Positions 22,191-38,635 are shown, numbered from the stretch's first letter. The stretch: DNA of 64,000 bases from Escherichia coli (GCF_022846255.1 NZ_AP025682.1), one strand, 5' to 3'. Numbers and translations are program-made. The notes: generated from the letters alone by a model not told the origin.

Positions 22191-24977
22191 TTAGTGCGCC
22201 TGATCCCAGTTTTCGCCACTCCCCACTTCCACCAGTAACGGCACATCCAGACGGGTACAGTTTTCCATCAGTTGATGAATCTGCTTCGCGACGGCATCGA
22301 CATCATCTTTATGGACTTCAAATACCAGTTCATCGTGTACCTGCATGATCATACGCACACGCGGTTGCTCAGCCTGTAGCCACGCATCAACGGCAATCAT
22401 CGCCCGTTTGATAATGTCGGCGGCGGTTCCCTGCATTGGCGCGTTAATGGCTGCACGTTCAGCCGCTGCACGACGAGCACCATTGCTGGATTTGATATCC
22501 GGCAGATACAGACGGCGTCCGTCCAGCGTTTCAACGTAGCCCTGCTCTTTCGCCTGAGCACGGGTGCGTTCCATATACTCCAGCACGCCAGGGTAGCGTT
22601 CGAAGTAAAGGTCCATGTACTTCTGCGCTTCTTTACGTGGAATGTTCAATTGCCGCGCCAGACCGAAAGCACTCATGCCATAAATCAGACCAAAGTTGAT
22701 CGCTTTTGCACTACGACGTTGCTCGCTGGTGACGGTTTCCAGTGGCAAACCAAACACTTCTGCCGCCGTTGCACGGTGGATATCTTTTCCTTCCGCGAAT
22801 GCGGTCAGCAAGCCTTTGTCACGCGAGAGATGCGCCATAATGCGCAGTTCAATCTGCGAGTAGTCCGCTGAGACAATCACATAATCCTCTGGCGCAATAA
22901 ACGCCTGGCGGATACGGCGACCTTCTTCGTTACGCACCGGAATGTTTTGCAGGTTAGGATCGGTTGACGATAAACGTCCCGTTGCGGTTACTGCCTGGTG
23001 ATAAGAGGTATGTACACGCCCGGTTTTCGGGTTGATCATCAACGGCAGCTTGTCGGTGTAGGTCGATTTCAGCTTCGCCAGACCACGATACTCCAGAATC
23101 ACTTTTGGCAACGGATAGTCCAGCGCCAGTTCTTCCAGTACCTCTTCCGACGTTGACGGCGCGCCACCCGGAGTTTTCTTCAGCGGTTTAATGCCCTGTT
23201 TTTCAAACAGAATGGTTTGTAACTGCTTGGTGGAAGAAAGGTTAAATTCTTCACCTGCAATTTCATGCGCTTTCTTTTCCAGCTCAGCCAGACGCAAGGT
23301 GAGCTCTTCAGAGTGATTGTGCAGCACTTTCGGATCGATCTTCACACCGTTACGTTCAATGCGTGAAAGCACCGGCACCAGCGGCATTTCGATATTCTCG
23401 AAGACGTTCAACGGCCCTTTGTGTTTTTGCAGATCCGGCCACATTTTCAGATGCAACTGCAAGGTGACATCTGCATCTTCGGCGGCGTAACGCCCGGCTT
23501 CTTCGAGGGCAATCTGGTTAAAGGTCAGTTGATTTTTGCCTTTACCCGCAATCTCTTCAAAAGTGATGGTTTTGTGCTTCAACCAACGTTCCGCGAGGCT
23601 GTCCATATCGTGACGCCCGGCAACGCTATTGAGAATGTAGGACTCCAGCATGGTATCAAACGCAATCCCACGTAGTTCAATGCCGTAGTTCGCCAGAATA
23701 CCGCGATCGTATTTCAGGTTTTGCCCGACCTTCAGCGCCTTTTCATCTTCCAGCAGCGGTTTTAGCAACTCGAGTGCACGCTCGCGAGAGATTTGATCGG
23801 GCGCATCAAGATAATCATGAGCAACCGGAATATATGCCGCTACGCCTGGCTCGATAGCAAAAGAAAGCCCGACCAGGTTAGCAGAGATGTTATCAAGGCT
23901 GTCAGTTTCGGTATCAAATGCAAATACCGGCGCTTTTTCCAGCTTCGCAATCCACTCTTTCAGTGTTTCTTCATCAAGGATGGTGACGTAGTTGTCATAA
24001 GAAATCACCGTTGCCGTCACTTCTGGCGCTTCGTCTGCAACACTGGTTTCCTGCGGCCTGGCTGCGGGTTTCGCCCCTTTAGCCTGTAGCCATTTTCCCG
24101 CTTCGACATCAGCAGTCCAGCGTTTGAACTCATACTTTTTGAACAGCCCTAACAACTCTTCCGCCGCCGGTGGCTGCACTTCCAGTTGTTCACAGGTCAG
24201 CTCCAGTTCAACGTCGGTTTTAATCGTCGCCAGCTGGTATGAGAGATAAGCAACTTCTTTGTTTTGCTCGAGCTTCGCTGCCATTGTTTTCGCGCCACGG
24301 AAGCTCAACCCAGCAATTTTTTCTGGCTCGGCATACAGCGTATCCAGCCCGCCAAGACCTTGCAGCAATGCCTGCGCGGTTTTTTCACCGACGCCCGGTA
24401 CGCCAGGAATGTTATCAGAGGAGTCACCCATCAGCGCCAGGAAATCGATGATCAGTTCTGGCGGCACGCCGTACTTATTCACCACCTCTTCCGGTCCGAG
24501 GATGGTATTCGTCATGGTGTTGATAAGCGTGATATTTGGTGTCACCAGCTGCGCCATATCTTTATCGCCAGTGCTGATCAGCACCGGACGCCCGGCTTTT
24601 TCGGCTTCGCGCGCCAGAGTACCAATAACGTCGTCCGCTTCTACGCCAGAAACCGCCAGCAGCGGCAGTCCCATCGCTTTAACCATCGCGTGCAGAGGTT
24701 CGATTTGTGCTCGCAGATCGTCCGGCATTGGCGGGCGATGTGATTTGTAATGTTCAAACAGTTCATCACGAAAGGTTTTTCCCTTGGCGTCAAAGACCAC
24801 CGCTGCATGCGTCGGTTTATATTGCATGATCAGACTGCGCAGCATGTTGAGGACACCATACATCGCACCGGTCGGCTCGCCTGCGCTGTTAGTCAGCGGG
24901 GGAAACGCGTGATATGCGCGATAAAGGTAAGATGAACCATCTACAAGGATAAGTGGATTTTGGGGGATCTGAACCAT
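22191..24977 (-). CDS. polA: DNA polymerase I
   Basis: 928 aa; 5'-3' exonuclease, 3'-5' exonuclease and polymerase domains; [25 protein letters not shown]... Confidence 0.97.
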   Translation of the reverse strand: MVQIPQNPLILVDGSSYLYRAYHAFPPLTNSAGEPTGAMYGVLNMLRSLIMQYKPTHAAVVFDAKGKTFRDELFEHYKSHRPPMPDDLRAQIEPLHAMVKAMGLPLLAVSGVEADDVIGTLAREAEKAGRPVLISTGDKDMAQLVTPNITLINTMTNTILGPEEVVNKYGVPPELIIDFLALMGDSSDNIPGVPGVGEKTAQALLQGLGGLDTLYAEPEKIAGLSFRGAKTMAAKLEQNKEVAYLSYQLATIKTDVELELTCEQLEVQPPAAEELLGLFKKYEFKRWTADVEAGKWLQAKGAKPAARPQETSVADEAPEVTATVISYDNYVTILDEETLKEWIAKLEKAPVFAFDTETDSLDNISANLVGLSFAIEPGVAAYIPVAHDYLDAPDQISRERALELLKPLLEDEKALKVGQNLKYDRGILANYGIELRGIAFDTMLESYILNSVAGRHDMDSLAERWLKHKTITFEEIAGKGKNQLTFNQIALEEAGRYAAEDADVTLQLHLKMWPDLQKHKGPLNVFENIEMPLVPVLSRIERNGVKIDPKVLHNHSEELTLRLAELEKKAHEIAGEEFNLSSTKQLQTILFEKQGIKPLKKTPGGAPSTSEEVLEELALDYPLPKVILEYRGLAKLKSTYTDKLPLMINPKTGRVHTSYHQAVTATGRLSSTDPNLQNIPVRNEEGRRIRQAFIAPEDYVIVSADYSQIELRIMAHLSRDKGLLTAFAEGKDIHRATAAEVFGLPLETVTSEQRRSAKAINFGLIYGMSAFGLARQLNIPRKEAQKYMDLYFERYPGVLEYMERTRAQAKEQGYVETLDGRRLYLPDIKSSNGARRAAAERAAINAPMQGTAADIIKRAMIAVDAWLQAEQPRVRMIMQVHDELVFEVHKDDVDAVAKQIHQLMENCTRLDVPLLVEVGSGENWDQAH

Positions 24978-25102
24978 AATGTCCGTGCCTGTTTATCAGA
25001 TTATGGGTAAAGGATGCCACAGACAGGATGAAAACATGAGTTTTTCACCGCTTTTCGTGAAAATCTTTTGTAGATCTTCTGGATCGCTCGCAAATCGTCA
25101 TG

Positions 25103-25111
25103 TGGATAACT
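25103..25111. promoter_or_regulatory. DnaA box (TGTGGATAA) in polA/yihG divergent promoter region
   Basis: Perfect match to DnaA box consensus on reverse strand (TTATCCACA); second near-match TGTGGATAG at 25242-25250. Confidence 0.4.
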
Positions 25112-25340
25112 TTGTGCATAAATTATTTACATCGCTTTTAATTTATTATCATGCTTTTTACAGCATGGTGTTTGTCTTTGTTTTTCATGCAGTTAAAAAT
25201 AAAGCCATCCCTAATAATTGAGATAATGGGATTTTTTCTAATGTGGATAGATATGAATTATTTTTCTCCTTAAGGATCATCCGTTATTTGGGTCGTTTTC
25301 TGCTAAAATCTGCGCCTTGCGCTTCTTTAGCGCACTGTCT

Positions 25341-26273
25341 ATGGCTAACCTTTTGAATAAATTCATTATGACGAGAATACTCGCTGCGATAACCCTTTTG
25401 CTGAGTATCGTATTGACCATTTTGGTCACTATTTTTTGTTCCGTCCCGATCATCATTGCCGGGATTGTAAAACTATTGCTACCTGTGCCAGTCATTTGGC
25501 GAAAGGTTTCGCGTTTTTGTGATTTTATGATGTATTGCTGGTGTGAAGGTCTGGCGGTATTACTGCATCTGAACCCATACCTGCAATGGGAAGTTCACGG
25601 GCTGGAAGGGTTAAGTAAGAAGAACTGGTATCTGCTTATTTGTAACCACCGTAGTTGGGCAGATATTGTCGTACTGTGCGTGCTGTTTCGTAAGCACATT
25701 CCGATGAATAAATATTTCCTCAAGCAGCAGCTGGCCTGGGTGCCTTTTCTTGGCCTGGCGTGCTGGGCGCTGGATATGCCGTTTATGAAGCGTTATTCCC
25801 GCGCTTATTTATTACGTCATCCGGAGCGACGTGGTAAAGATGTCGAAACCACTCGGCGTTCTTGTGAAAAGTTTCGCCTGCATCCCACCACCATTGTCAA
25901 TTTCGTTGAAGGCTCCCGTTTCACGCAAGAAAAACATCAGCAAACCCACTCCACTTTTCAAAACTTGTTGCCACCAAAGGCGGCAGGCATTGCGATGGCG
26001 CTAAATGTACTGGGTAAACAATTCGATAAACTGCTTAATGTTACGCTGTGTTATCCGGACAATAACCGTCAGCCGTTCTTCGATATGTTAAGCGGTAAAC
26101 TGACGCGGATTGTCGTACATGTGGATTTACAGCCTATTGCCGATGAGTTACATGGCGACTACATCAATGACAAAAGCTTTAAGCGCCATTTTCAGCAATG
26201 GCTGAACTCACTGTGGCAGGAAAAAGACCGGCTTCTGACGTCGTTGATGTCATCACAGCGGCAGGACAAGTAA
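25341..26273 (+). CDS. yihG: PlsC-family acyltransferase YihG
   Basis: Start at [14 protein letters not shown] (310 aa); N-terminal TM segment; HxxxxD acyltransferase motif NHRSWAD. Confidence 0.85.
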   Translation: MANLLNKFIMTRILAAITLLLSIVLTILVTIFCSVPIIIAGIVKLLLPVPVIWRKVSRFCDFMMYCWCEGLAVLLHLNPYLQWEVHGLEGLSKKNWYLLICNHRSWADIVVLCVLFRKHIPMNKYFLKQQLAWVPFLGLACWALDMPFMKRYSRAYLLRHPERRGKDVETTRRSCEKFRLHPTTIVNFVEGSRFTQEKHQQTHSTFQNLLPPKAAGIAMALNVLGKQFDKLLNVTLCYPDNNRQPFFDMLSGKLTRIVVHVDLQPIADELHGDYINDKSFKRHFQQWLNSLWQEKDRLLTSLMSSQRQDK

Positions 26274-26280
26274 ATTTTGC

Positions 26281-26304
26281 TCGCCTCTGAATGAGCAGAG
26301 GCGA
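26281..26304. terminator. Hairpin terminator between convergent yihG and yihF
   Basis: 9 bp stem TCGCCTCTG/CAGAGGCGA with 6 nt loop, T-rich flank. Confidence 0.5.
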
Positions 26305-26313
26305 GTGAGTATT

Positions 26314-27744
26314 TTAATGAACAAAACGTCCGGCACGAGACATAAATTCTTCTTCGCTCATCTCCTGTCCGTTAAAAGCAACTTTACCCGGTGTATAACG
26401 CAGTTGCAGCGAGGCGGTATTGTTGTCAATCGTGATTAACTGAAACATCTGACCTAAGGTCATCATCCCGCTGATTTGTTTATCAGCCTGCTTTTGCGCT
26501 TTTTCCGCATCCATTCCTTCAGATAAATTAAGCTGTTTTGCGATTTCTGTGGCGACATTAAGCGGTAATTTCACATCAAAATTGAGCGATTTAATATCTT
26601 TGTTTGTGGATGATGAAGATTTGGCTGGGTCGGCAATACTGATATCCAGATTGGCATTTAGTTCGCCGAGTGCATTCTTCCATCTTACCGGTTGTTTAAT
26701 GGTCGGCTCACTTTTTTTTAATAACGGTAAATACTCTTTGAACAATGCAGTATTCACTTCTTGCAGAGCAACTTCATCGTTTGCTAACTCAGGGTGTGCA
26801 GCAAGCTGCTTCTGCATCGCAATGTTATACTGGATGATAAATTGGCGCACCGCTGAGGGATCAATAGATTCAGCAATCAATGACCACTCACCACTACCGA
26901 GTTGCTGATTCCCTTTTGTTAACTTATCAAGTTCGTAGGTCAGATTGACATTGATATAATCTTTGTCTTTAACGCGATCCAGCCTGGTTTTTGCAACGAA
27001 AGCATCGATTTGGGCAACGTCTTCCCCGTGATTGATAATGTTAATCTGATTAAATTTCGACTCGCTTTCACCAACCGGAAATTTCTTTTCTTCTAATCGC
27101 GCCAGAGAATCAATGGTAAAACTTTTCGCCGTTACTTTGTTCATTGGTGATAATTGCAGAACAATATCTTCGACTTTGCCTTCAATATCCAGGTTAGACA
27201 ATGAACTACCATCACCATTAAAAGTAAACTGGCCCTCACCAAAAGAAAACTTTCCATATTTTGCAGGGGCAACATCTAATGTCGTGGAGAATGAGCCACC
27301 AAACGCGAATCGCAATGTCGCTTCCACGGGCGATTTATTTTTCGCGGCGATAAATAGCGGTTGTGTCAGTTCATTATTCACTAATTTCACTTTTGCCGCT
27401 GCCAGTGCGGGGATGACATTACCACGCATTAACATTGTGATGGGCAACGGACCGTGCTCAACATCCACATCAAATACAATTTTCTGGCCTGGCTTGATAT
27501 CGAGATCGGGTGCACCGTTATCAAATGTCATTTGCATTTGAAAACGGGAATTAAAAAAGCCTTTGTCAAAATTTTTATAACTTAACGTCATATCGTAGGC
27601 ATGTTCACCTTTCTTTTTAGCATCGTTAAAACCTTTAATAAACTTTTCGACACCAGGTTGAATTTGCGTACCTGTGTACCATGTGCCACCACCCCAGATT
27701 ACGGCTAACGCAACAATAGCACCTGTAGCTGACTTACGTATCAT
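26314..27744 (-). CDS. yihF: DUF945-family protein YihF
   Basis: Start taken at MIRKSATGAIVALAVIWGGGTWYTG (476 aa); N-terminal signal/anchor. Confidence 0.8.
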   Translation of the reverse strand: MIRKSATGAIVALAVIWGGGTWYTGTQIQPGVEKFIKGFNDAKKKGEHAYDMTLSYKNFDKGFFNSRFQMQMTFDNGAPDLDIKPGQKIVFDVDVEHGPLPITMLMRGNVIPALAAAKVKLVNNELTQPLFIAAKNKSPVEATLRFAFGGSFSTTLDVAPAKYGKFSFGEGQFTFNGDGSSLSNLDIEGKVEDIVLQLSPMNKVTAKSFTIDSLARLEEKKFPVGESESKFNQINIINHGEDVAQIDAFVAKTRLDRVKDKDYINVNLTYELDKLTKGNQQLGSGEWSLIAESIDPSAVRQFIIQYNIAMQKQLAAHPELANDEVALQEVNTALFKEYLPLLKKSEPTIKQPVRWKNALGELNANLDISIADPAKSSSSTNKDIKSLNFDVKLPLNVATEIAKQLNLSEGMDAEKAQKQADKQISGMMTLGQMFQLITIDNNTASLQLRYTPGKVAFNGQEMSEEEFMSRAGRFVH

Positions 27745-27851
27745 ATAAATATTCCCTGATAAAACAGCAAAACTTTGAATATCCACTTATGCTGAAATAA
27801 TGTCCAGCAGCAGGACGCATTATCAGAATGTATTTATATTTATTAAATAAT

Positions 27852-27879
27852 AAAAAAAGCCCGTGAATATTCACGGGCT
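27852..27879 (-). terminator. dsbA rho-independent terminator
   Basis: Hairpin GCCCGTGAA-TAT-TTCACGGGC followed (on minus strand) by U-run. Confidence 0.55.
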
Positions 27880-27898
27880 TTATGTAATTTACATTGAA

Positions 27899-28525
27899 TT
27901 ATTTTTTCTCGGACAGATATTTCACAGTATCAGCATACTGCTGAACAAAAACATCCATATTGCTGGTATCCATACCCTGCGGATTCAGCTGATATTTACC
28001 GTTAACAAACATCGCCGGAACACCACGCAATTGCACGTCAGCTGCAGCTTTTTCCTGCTGAGCGACCAGAGATTTCACCACGAAGCTGTTCCACGCCGCG
28101 TCGTACTCTTCACCTTTAATACCTGCGTTGATAAATACATCGCGGATATCAGATGCTGAACGAATGGTCTGGGTTTTTTGTACGCCTTCAAACAGCGGAA
28201 CTGTGACTTTGTCTTCCACGCCCAGCGCCATCGCCACAGCCCATGCCTGAGTCAGCTCTTTGCCCAGGTCACCCCCCATGAAGTTGACGTGGTATTTAGT
28301 CATCTTCACGCCTTCCGGCAGTTTTTTCTTCACGTTATCAGAAATATGCAGAACTTCTTCAAACTGATAGCAGTGCGGGCAGAAGAAAGAGAAAAACTCC
28401 AGCACTTGCGGCGCGCCAGCAACTGGTTTTTCCAGGGTAGTGTACTGTTTACCATCTTCATACTGCGCCGCCGATGCGCTAAACGCTAAAACTAAACCAG
28501 CCAGCGCCAGCCAAATCTTTTTCAT
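27899..28525 (-). CDS. dsbA: periplasmic thiol:disulfide interchange protein DsbA
   Basis: 208 aa; signal peptide and active site CPHC ([13 protein letters not shown]). Confidence 0.97.
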   Translation of the reverse strand: MKKIWLALAGLVLAFSASAAQYEDGKQYTTLEKPVAGAPQVLEFFSFFCPHCYQFEEVLHISDNVKKKLPEGVKMTKYHVNFMGGDLGKELTQAWAVAMALGVEDKVTVPLFEGVQKTQTIRSASDIRDVFINAGIKGEEYDAAWNSFVVKSLVAQQEKAAADVQLRGVPAMFVNGKYQLNPQGMDTSNMDVFVQQYADTVKYLSEKK

Positions 28526-28541
28526 GATCTACTCTCTCCGA

Positions 28542-29528
28542 TTAATACATAGGTGTTAATTGCAAAGGGGGTTCTTGTAGAACTTTTGCCTGTTCTATAA
28601 AAGTCACCGTCTGTCGTAGCCAGTAATCTTCCCCGGTTAACCACGGGAAATTTTTCGGGAACGCGGGATCAGCCCAACGCCGCATTAGCCAGGCAAGATA
28701 ATAAACCAAACGCATGGCGCGTAAAGGTTCAATCAGTCCGATTTCAGCGGTGTCGAACTCGCTAAATTCTTCATAAGCCTCAATAATAGTTTCCAGTTGC
28801 ATCCGCTGCTCGGCTTTATCACCATTGAGCAACATCCACAAATCCTGAACGGCTGGACCATTACGTGCATCATCCAGATCAACAAACATTGGACCATCGC
28901 GCCAGAGAATATTCCCGGCGTGGCAGTCTCCATGTAGCCGCAGAACGGTGAAATCTTCCCGCCAGTGTGCTGTAACGGCGGCAATCAGCTCATCTGTCGC
29001 TTTCAGGAATGCCGCTTTCAACCCGGAAGGTATCAGTGTAGCGTCCTCAAACAGCTTGCGTGGCTCAATGAGATATTCATTCAAACCGATGGTCGGGCGA
29101 TGGATAAAAAGCTGTTTGCGCCCCGTCTGGTGCATACGCCCTAAATAACGCCCAACCGCTTCCATCTGATCGATATTATCAGCTTCGAACTGGCGACCAC
29201 CGACGCTTGGAAAAACAGCGAAATAAAATCCCTGATGGTTCAATAAAGTCTGACCATTAAAGGCCACAGGTGCTGCGACCGGAACTTCATCGTTAACCAG
29301 CTGCAACGCAAATTGATGTTCTTCGAGGATTTGATCGGCTGTCCAACGTTCAGGGCGATAAAATTTGACGACAAAACGTCGACGATCTTCGTCCTGAAAT
29401 TGATAGACACGGTTTTCATAGCTGTTAAGCGGGGTAAGACCGGAATCCACCCGAATCCCATGCTCAAACAGAGCGTCCATGATGGTATCCGGGTGTAGTG
29501 TCTGGAAAGTAAAAGCGCTGTTGTTCAT
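28542..29528 (-). CDS. srkA: stress response Ser/Thr kinase SrkA (RdoA/YihE)
   Basis: 328 aa; kinase-like fold, HGDCHAGNILW catalytic motif. Confidence 0.9.
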   Translation of the reverse strand: MNNSAFTFQTLHPDTIMDALFEHGIRVDSGLTPLNSYENRVYQFQDEDRRRFVVKFYRPERWTADQILEEHQFALQLVNDEVPVAAPVAFNGQTLLNHQGFYFAVFPSVGGRQFEADNIDQMEAVGRYLGRMHQTGRKQLFIHRPTIGLNEYLIEPRKLFEDATLIPSGLKAAFLKATDELIAAVTAHWREDFTVLRLHGDCHAGNILWRDGPMFVDLDDARNGPAVQDLWMLLNGDKAEQRMQLETIIEAYEEFSEFDTAEIGLIEPLRAMRLVYYLAWLMRRWADPAFPKNFPWLTGEDYWLRQTVTFIEQAKVLQEPPLQLTPMY

Positions 29529-29604
29529 CCCATCATCCGGAAAACATTACGAATGATGAAGGATATCATTTCACGATGATTTTGGTTGCGCCGCTTACAA
29601 GCTT

Positions 29605-29874
29605 TTACTCTTTAATTACACCACGTGCGCGTAATAGCGCCGTTTTGAAATCTTCTTCATAATCTTTCTGCAAACCCGGGATCACCGCATCTTTCGCGGA
29701 ATCACGCATTTTCAGGTGATAGATCAGAATGTCATCCGTCAAATCCGCCAGTTCGCCGTCAAAACCTGACTCTTTCGCCAGTTTCTGCAAGAATTGCAGC
29801 AGGTTAAGGTCTGGCTCTTTTTGCCAGGCTGGCTGGAGGAGTTCAATAACTTCATTCAGACGTTTACATTTCAT
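29605..29874 (-). CDS. yihD: DUF1040 protein YihD
   Basis: Start taken at [14 protein letters not shown] (89 aa). Confidence 0.85.
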
Positions 29875-29943
29875 AGTAATGCTCCTTACTCTTGAGACAG
29901 ACACGTTAGCAGGGTCAATCCCACAATAAAAGAGGCGATATCG

Positions 29944-30528
29944 GTGAATCTGATGACGACGATAACAGGCGTTGTGCTGGCGGGCGGTAAAGCCAGACGA
30001 ATGGGCGGCGTAGATAAAGGATTGCTTGAATTAAACGGCAAACCATTATGGCAGCATGTCGCTGACGCGCTTATGACGCAGCTTTCTCACGTCGTGGTTA
30101 ATGCTAATCGTCATCAGGAAATCTATCAGGTAAGCGGTCTGAAAGTGATTGAAGATTCACTGGCGGATTACCCTGGTCCTCTGGCAGGAATGCTTTCAGT
30201 AATGCAGCAGGAAGCGGGTGAGTGGTTTTTGTTTTGCCCGTGCGATACGCCTTACATTCCCCATGATTTAGCCGCCCGGCTTACTCATCAGCGCAAAGAT
30301 GCGCCTGTCGTGTGGGTCCACGACGGTGAACGCGATCACCCGACTATTGCTCTGGTAAACCGCGCAATTGAGCCTTTATTACTGGAATATCTGCAAGCAG
30401 GAGAACGCCGGGTTATGGCATTTATGCGTCTGGCTGGCGGTCATGCGGTTGATTTCAGCGATCGTAAAGAGGCATTTATAAACGTGAATACGCCAGAGGA
30501 GCTTGCCCGATGGCAGGAAAAACGATGA
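29944..30528 (+). CDS. mobA: molybdenum cofactor guanylyltransferase
   Basis: 194 aa [28 protein letters not shown]. Confidence 0.92.
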
Positions 30529-31037
30529 TACCGTTACTCGCCTTTGCTGCATGGAGTGGCACCGGAAAAACAACGCTGCTGAAAAAATTGATCCCGGCAT
30601 TATGCGCCAGAGGGATCCGTCCGGGGCTGATTAAGCATACGCACCATGATATGGATGTTGATAAACCGGGCAAAGATAGCTATGAGTTGCGCAAGGCTGG
30701 CGCGGCGCAAACCATCGTTGCCAGCCAGCAGCGATGGGCCTTGATGACGGAAACACCAGACGAAGAAGAGCTGGATCTACATTTTCTCGCAAGTCGAATG
30801 GATACCTCAAAGCTGGATTTGATTCTGGTCGAAGGGTTTAAGCATGAAGAGATCGCAAAGATTGTGCTGTTTCGCGATGGAGCCGGACATCGACCGGAAG
30901 AATTAGTGATAGACAGGCATGTTATTGCTGTAGCCAGTGATGTGCCGCTTAATCTTGATGTCGCGTTACTGGATATTAATGATGTTGAGGGGCTGGCTGA
31001 TTTTGTGGTGGAGTGGATGCAAAAGCAGGACGGATAA
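30510..31037 (+). CDS. mobB: molybdopterin-guanine dinucleotide biosynthesis adapter protein MobB
   Basis: 175 aa; Walker A GTGKTT; overlaps mobA 3' end. Confidence 0.9.
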   Translation: MAGKTMIPLLAFAAWSGTGKTTLLKKLIPALCARGIRPGLIKHTHHDMDVDKPGKDSYELRKAGAAQTIVASQQRWALMTETPDEEELDLHFLASRMDTSKLDLILVEGFKHEEIAKIVLFRDGAGHRPEELVIDRHVIAVASDVPLNLDVALLDINDVEGLADFVVEWMQKQDG

Positions 31038-31054
31038 GCAAGAGTAGGCTGGAG

Positions 31055-31082
31055 CAAACGCGCCAGCGTCGCATCCGGCATT
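31055..31082. repeat. REP-like element
   Basis: GCGCCAGCGTCGCATCCGGCA matches REP half-site. Confidence 0.4.
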
Positions 31083-31097
31083 TATTCCGCACCAACG

Positions 31098-31125
31098 CAA
31101 AAAAGCCCAGTCTTCCGACTGGGCT
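31098..31125 (-). terminator. rRNA operon terminator (T1-like)
   Basis: 9 bp stem AGCCCAGTC/GACTGGGCT with loop TTCC, followed on minus strand by U-run; immediately downstream of 5S rRNA. Confidence 0.7.
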
Positions 31126-31139
31126 CTTCGCTTAATTTG

Positions 31140-31259
31140 ATGCCTGGCAGTTCCCTACTCTCGCATGGGGAGGCCCCACACTACCATCGGCGCTACGGCG
31201 TTTCACTTCTGAGTTCGGCATGGGGTCAGGTGGGACCACCGCGCTACGGCCGCCAGGCA
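31140..31259 (-). rRNA. rrfA: 5S ribosomal RNA
   Basis: 120 nt reverse complement of TGCCTGGCGGCCGTAGCGCGGTGGTCCCACCTGACCCCATGCCGAACTCAG...AGTAGGGAACTGCCAGGCAT. Confidence 0.95.
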
Positions 31260-31357
31260 AATTCTGTTTTATCAACACGTCTCGTTATGACCTGTCGATT
31301 TAATCTGTATCAGGCTGAAAATCTTCTCTCTATCCGCCAAAACATCTTCGGCGTTGT

Positions 31358-34262
<2,905 letters not shown>

Positions 34263-34445
34263 TCACAACCCGAAGATGTTTCTTGCGATTCATCATCGTG
34301 TTGCGAAAATTTGAGAGACTCACGAACAACTTTCGTTGTTCAGTGTTTCAATTTTCAGCTTGATCCAGATTTTTAAAGAGCAAAACTTCGCAGTGAACCT
34401 TTGCAGGTACACTCTGAAGTATTTTTTATTTAATCACTACAGAGA

Positions 34446-34521
34446 TGGTGGAGCTATGCGGGATCGAACCGCAGACCTCCTGCGTGCAAAGCAGGCGCTC
34501 TCCCAGCTGAGCTATAGCCCC
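34446..34521 (-). tRNA. alaT: tRNA-Ala (anticodon UGC)
   Basis: Reverse complement GGGGCTATAGCTCAGCTGGGAGAGCGCCTGCTTTGCACGCAGGAGGTCTGCGGTTCGATCCCGCATAGCTCCACCA. Confidence 0.95.
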
Positions 34522-34563
34522 ATAACATGTAGTTAAAACCTCTTCAAATTTGCGGTGCAAATT

Positions 34564-34640
<77 letters not shown>

Positions 34641-34708
34641 GTAGAGGTTTTACTGCTCATTTTCATCAGACAATCTGTGTGAGCACTGCAAAGTACGCTT
34701 CTTTAAGG

Positions 34709-36250
<1,542 letters not shown>

Positions 36251-36426
36251 AAAAGTTTGATGCTCAAAGAATTAAACTTCGTAATGAATTACGTGTTCAC
36301 TCTTGAGACTTGGTATTCATTTTCGTCTTTCGACGTTAAGAATCCGTATCTTCGAGTGCCCACACAGATTGTCTGATAAATTGTTAAAGAGCAGTGCCGC
36401 TTCGCTTTTTCTCAGCGGCGCGGGGT

Positions 36427-36460
36427 GTGCATAATACGCTTTCCCGCTACAGAGTCAAGC
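36427..36460 (-). promoter_or_regulatory. rRNA operon promoter P2
   Basis: Minus strand TTGACT (-35, 36453-36458) and TATTAT (-10, 36432-36437). Confidence 0.6.
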
Positions 36461-36544
36461 ATTTATTTTTGCTTTCTCTGCCGGAATTCTCAGGAGAACC
36501 CCGCTGACCCGGCGGCGTGTTTGCCGTTGTTCCGTGTCAGTGGT

Positions 36545-36600
36545 GGCGCATTATAGGGAGTTATTCCGGCCTGACAAGAGGAAATTTAAAATAATTTTCT
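36545..36600 (-). promoter_or_regulatory. rRNA operon promoter P1 with UP element
   Basis: Minus strand reads ...AAATTATTTTAAATTTCCTCTTGTCAGGCCGGAATAACTCCCTATAATGCGCCACCA: -35 TTGTCA, -10 TATAAT, GC-rich discriminator, A+T-rich UP element; Fis sites expected further upstream. Confidence 0.7.
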
Positions 36601-36626
36601 GACCGCGCATTTTTTATTCTTTATGC

Positions 36627-37172
36627 TTATTTCAGCGTCGGTTTGTCGGTTAAATGGGCGATTTCTCGGGCGAAATTCGCCACCTGCTCCCAATCGGTAT
36701 AGACAACTTCTTTGCGCGTATCCGTTTCACCGCCTGACATCTTCATAATTAACTTGATCATAAAACGGTCGTACCAGCGATAACGTGGGTAACGCAGCGC
36801 CCCGGCAATGACCGCGCAGCGATCGGGACGCCATTGTGAACTCATCAGAAACTTCCGCGCGTAGCTGTTGGTCTGTGGAGTACGCTTCTCAGGTTTACGC
36901 GCCACCAGGTTTACGGAGTAAAAGGCGCTCGGCATCGAATTCAGCCGCGTCGCATGCTTTTTGACAAACTCCTGGAACGCAGAGTGGTAGTGACCATAGC
37001 GAATAGAAGCACCAATGACCACACGGTCGTAGTTTTCCCACTGTGGTTCTTCAATGCGGTGCACATTGGCGACATCCGCCTGGATCCCCAGTTCTTTCAG
37101 TTCCGAAGCCAGGTAGGAGGCAATCTCGCGCGTTTGTCCGTCCCTTGTTGAGAAAAGAATTAATGTTTTCAC
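36627..37172 (-). CDS. hemG: protoporphyrinogen IX dehydrogenase (menaquinone-dependent), flavodoxin-like
   Basis: 181 aa [29 protein letters not shown]. Confidence 0.92.
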   Translation of the reverse strand: MKTLILFSTRDGQTREIASYLASELKELGIQADVANVHRIEEPQWENYDRVVIGASIRYGHYHSAFQEFVKKHATRLNSMPSAFYSVNLVARKPEKRTPQTNSYARKFLMSSQWRPDRCAVIAGALRYPRYRWYDRFMIKLIMKMSGGETDTRKEVVYTDWEQVANFAREIAHLTDKPTLK

Positions 37173-37183
37173 GTATTACTCCA

Positions 37184-38635
37184 TCATTCACGCCAGAAAG
37201 TCGGGGTAAAGAGCACCAGCAATGTAAAGACCTCGAGACGACCAAACAGCATGTTGGCAATCAGGATCCATTTAGCCACCGGGTTCATACTGGTAAAGTT
37301 ATCAGCAACCACGCCAAGCCCTGGCCCCAGGTTATTCAATGTCGCAACAACCGAGGCAAAAGCAGAAAAGTCATCCACGCCCGTGGCGATAATCGCCAGC
37401 ATACTGACAATAAACACCAATGCATAGGCGGAGAAAAATCCCCAAACGGCTTCGAGGATACGTTCCGGCAGTGCGCGATTCCCCAGCTTAATGCTATAGA
37501 CGGCGTTCGGATGCACCAGTCGTTTCAGCTCACGGTTCCCCTGCTTAAACAGCAGCAGGATGCGGATCACTTTCAGGCCACCGCCCGTTGACCCGGCACA
37601 ACCGCCGATAAAAGCTGAACATAAAAGCAGTACCGGCAAAAAGAGCGGCCAGCGGGCAATGCTGTCAGTCGTAAACCCGGCGGTTGTCGCCATCGACACC
37701 ACCTGGAAAAACGCCTGGTTAATTGTCATCAGCGCCGAACTGTAGACATTATGAAACCACAGTACGAGGGTACAAATAACCACCAGCGTAAACTGTACGC
37801 CGATAAACATGCGAAATTCCGGATCGCGCCAATAAACCTTCAGACTACGCCCACTTAACAGCGAAAAGTGCAGACCGTAGTTACAGCCGGAGATCAGCAG
37901 GAAGATAGCAATGATAGTGTTAATAGTCGGGCTATCGAAATAACCGATACTGGCATCATGTGTCGAGAAGCCGCCAATAGCGATAGTCGCAAAGCTATGG
38001 CCGATGGCATCAAAGGCATCCATTCCGGCAAACCACAACGCCAGCGCACAGGCGACGGTCAGCAAGACATAAATCAACCACAGGGTTTTCGCCGTTTCCG
38101 CAATTCGCGGGCGCATTTTGTTATCTTTCAGTGGGCCGGGCATTTCTGCGCGATAGAGCTGCATCCCACCCACGCCGAGGATAGGCAGTATCGCAACCGC
38201 CAACACGATGATCCCCATCCCGCCAAACCATTGCAGCATCTGGCGATAAAAGAGGATGGCGTGAGGGAGCGAATCCAGTCCCACCAGCGTAGTGGCCCCC
38301 GTGGTAGTCAGACCGGAGAAAGATTCAAAAAACGCATCGGTAATCGTGAGGTTTGGGCTTTCCGAAAAGATAAAAGGGAGCGCACCGACGCTACCCAACA
38401 CGGTCCAGAACAGCACCACTATCAGAAACCCTTCACGGGATTTCAGTTCGCCCTTTTCTTTACGGTTCGGCCACCACAGCATAGAACCAATGGCAAGAGC
38501 GACAAAAAAGGTCTGGGTAAAGGCGCGGCCCGCACCATCCCGGTAGATGAGTGCTACCAGTCCAGGGATAATCATGGTCCCTGAAAATAAGATGACCAGT
38601 AGTCCAACGATTCGGGTAATGGCGCGAAAATGCAT
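37184..38635 (-). CDS. trkH: Trk system potassium uptake protein TrkH
   Basis: 483 aa polytopic membrane protein MHFRAITRIVGLLVILFSGTM. Confidence 0.95.
   Translation of the reverse strand: MHFRAITRIVGLLVILFSGTMIIPGLVALIYRDGAGRAFTQTFFVALAIGSMLWWPNRKEKGELKSREGFLIVVLFWTVLGSVGALPFIFSESPNLTITDAFFESFSGLTTTGATTLVGLDSLPHAILFYRQMLQWFGGMGIIVLAVAILPILGVGGMQLYRAEMPGPLKDNKMRPRIAETAKTLWLIYVLLTVACALALWFAGMDAFDAIGHSFATIAIGGFSTHDASIGYFDSPTINTIIAIFLLISGCNYGLHFSLLSGRSLKVYWRDPEFRMFIGVQFTLVVICTLVLWFHNVYSSALMTINQAFFQVVSMATTAGFTTDSIARWPLFLPVLLLCSAFIGGCAGSTGGGLKVIRILLLFKQGNRELKRLVHPNAVYSIKLGNRALPERILEAVWGFFSAYALVFIVSMLAIIATGVDDFSAFASVVATLNNLGPGLGVVADNFTSMNPVAKWILIANMLFGRLEVFTLLVLFTPTFWRE

Noticed and set aside
36251-36626. 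Possible small ORF (36191..36376) upstream of 16S rRNA
   Set aside because: It overlaps the 16S 5' end and leader and the P2 promoter; this is the rRNA leader region.
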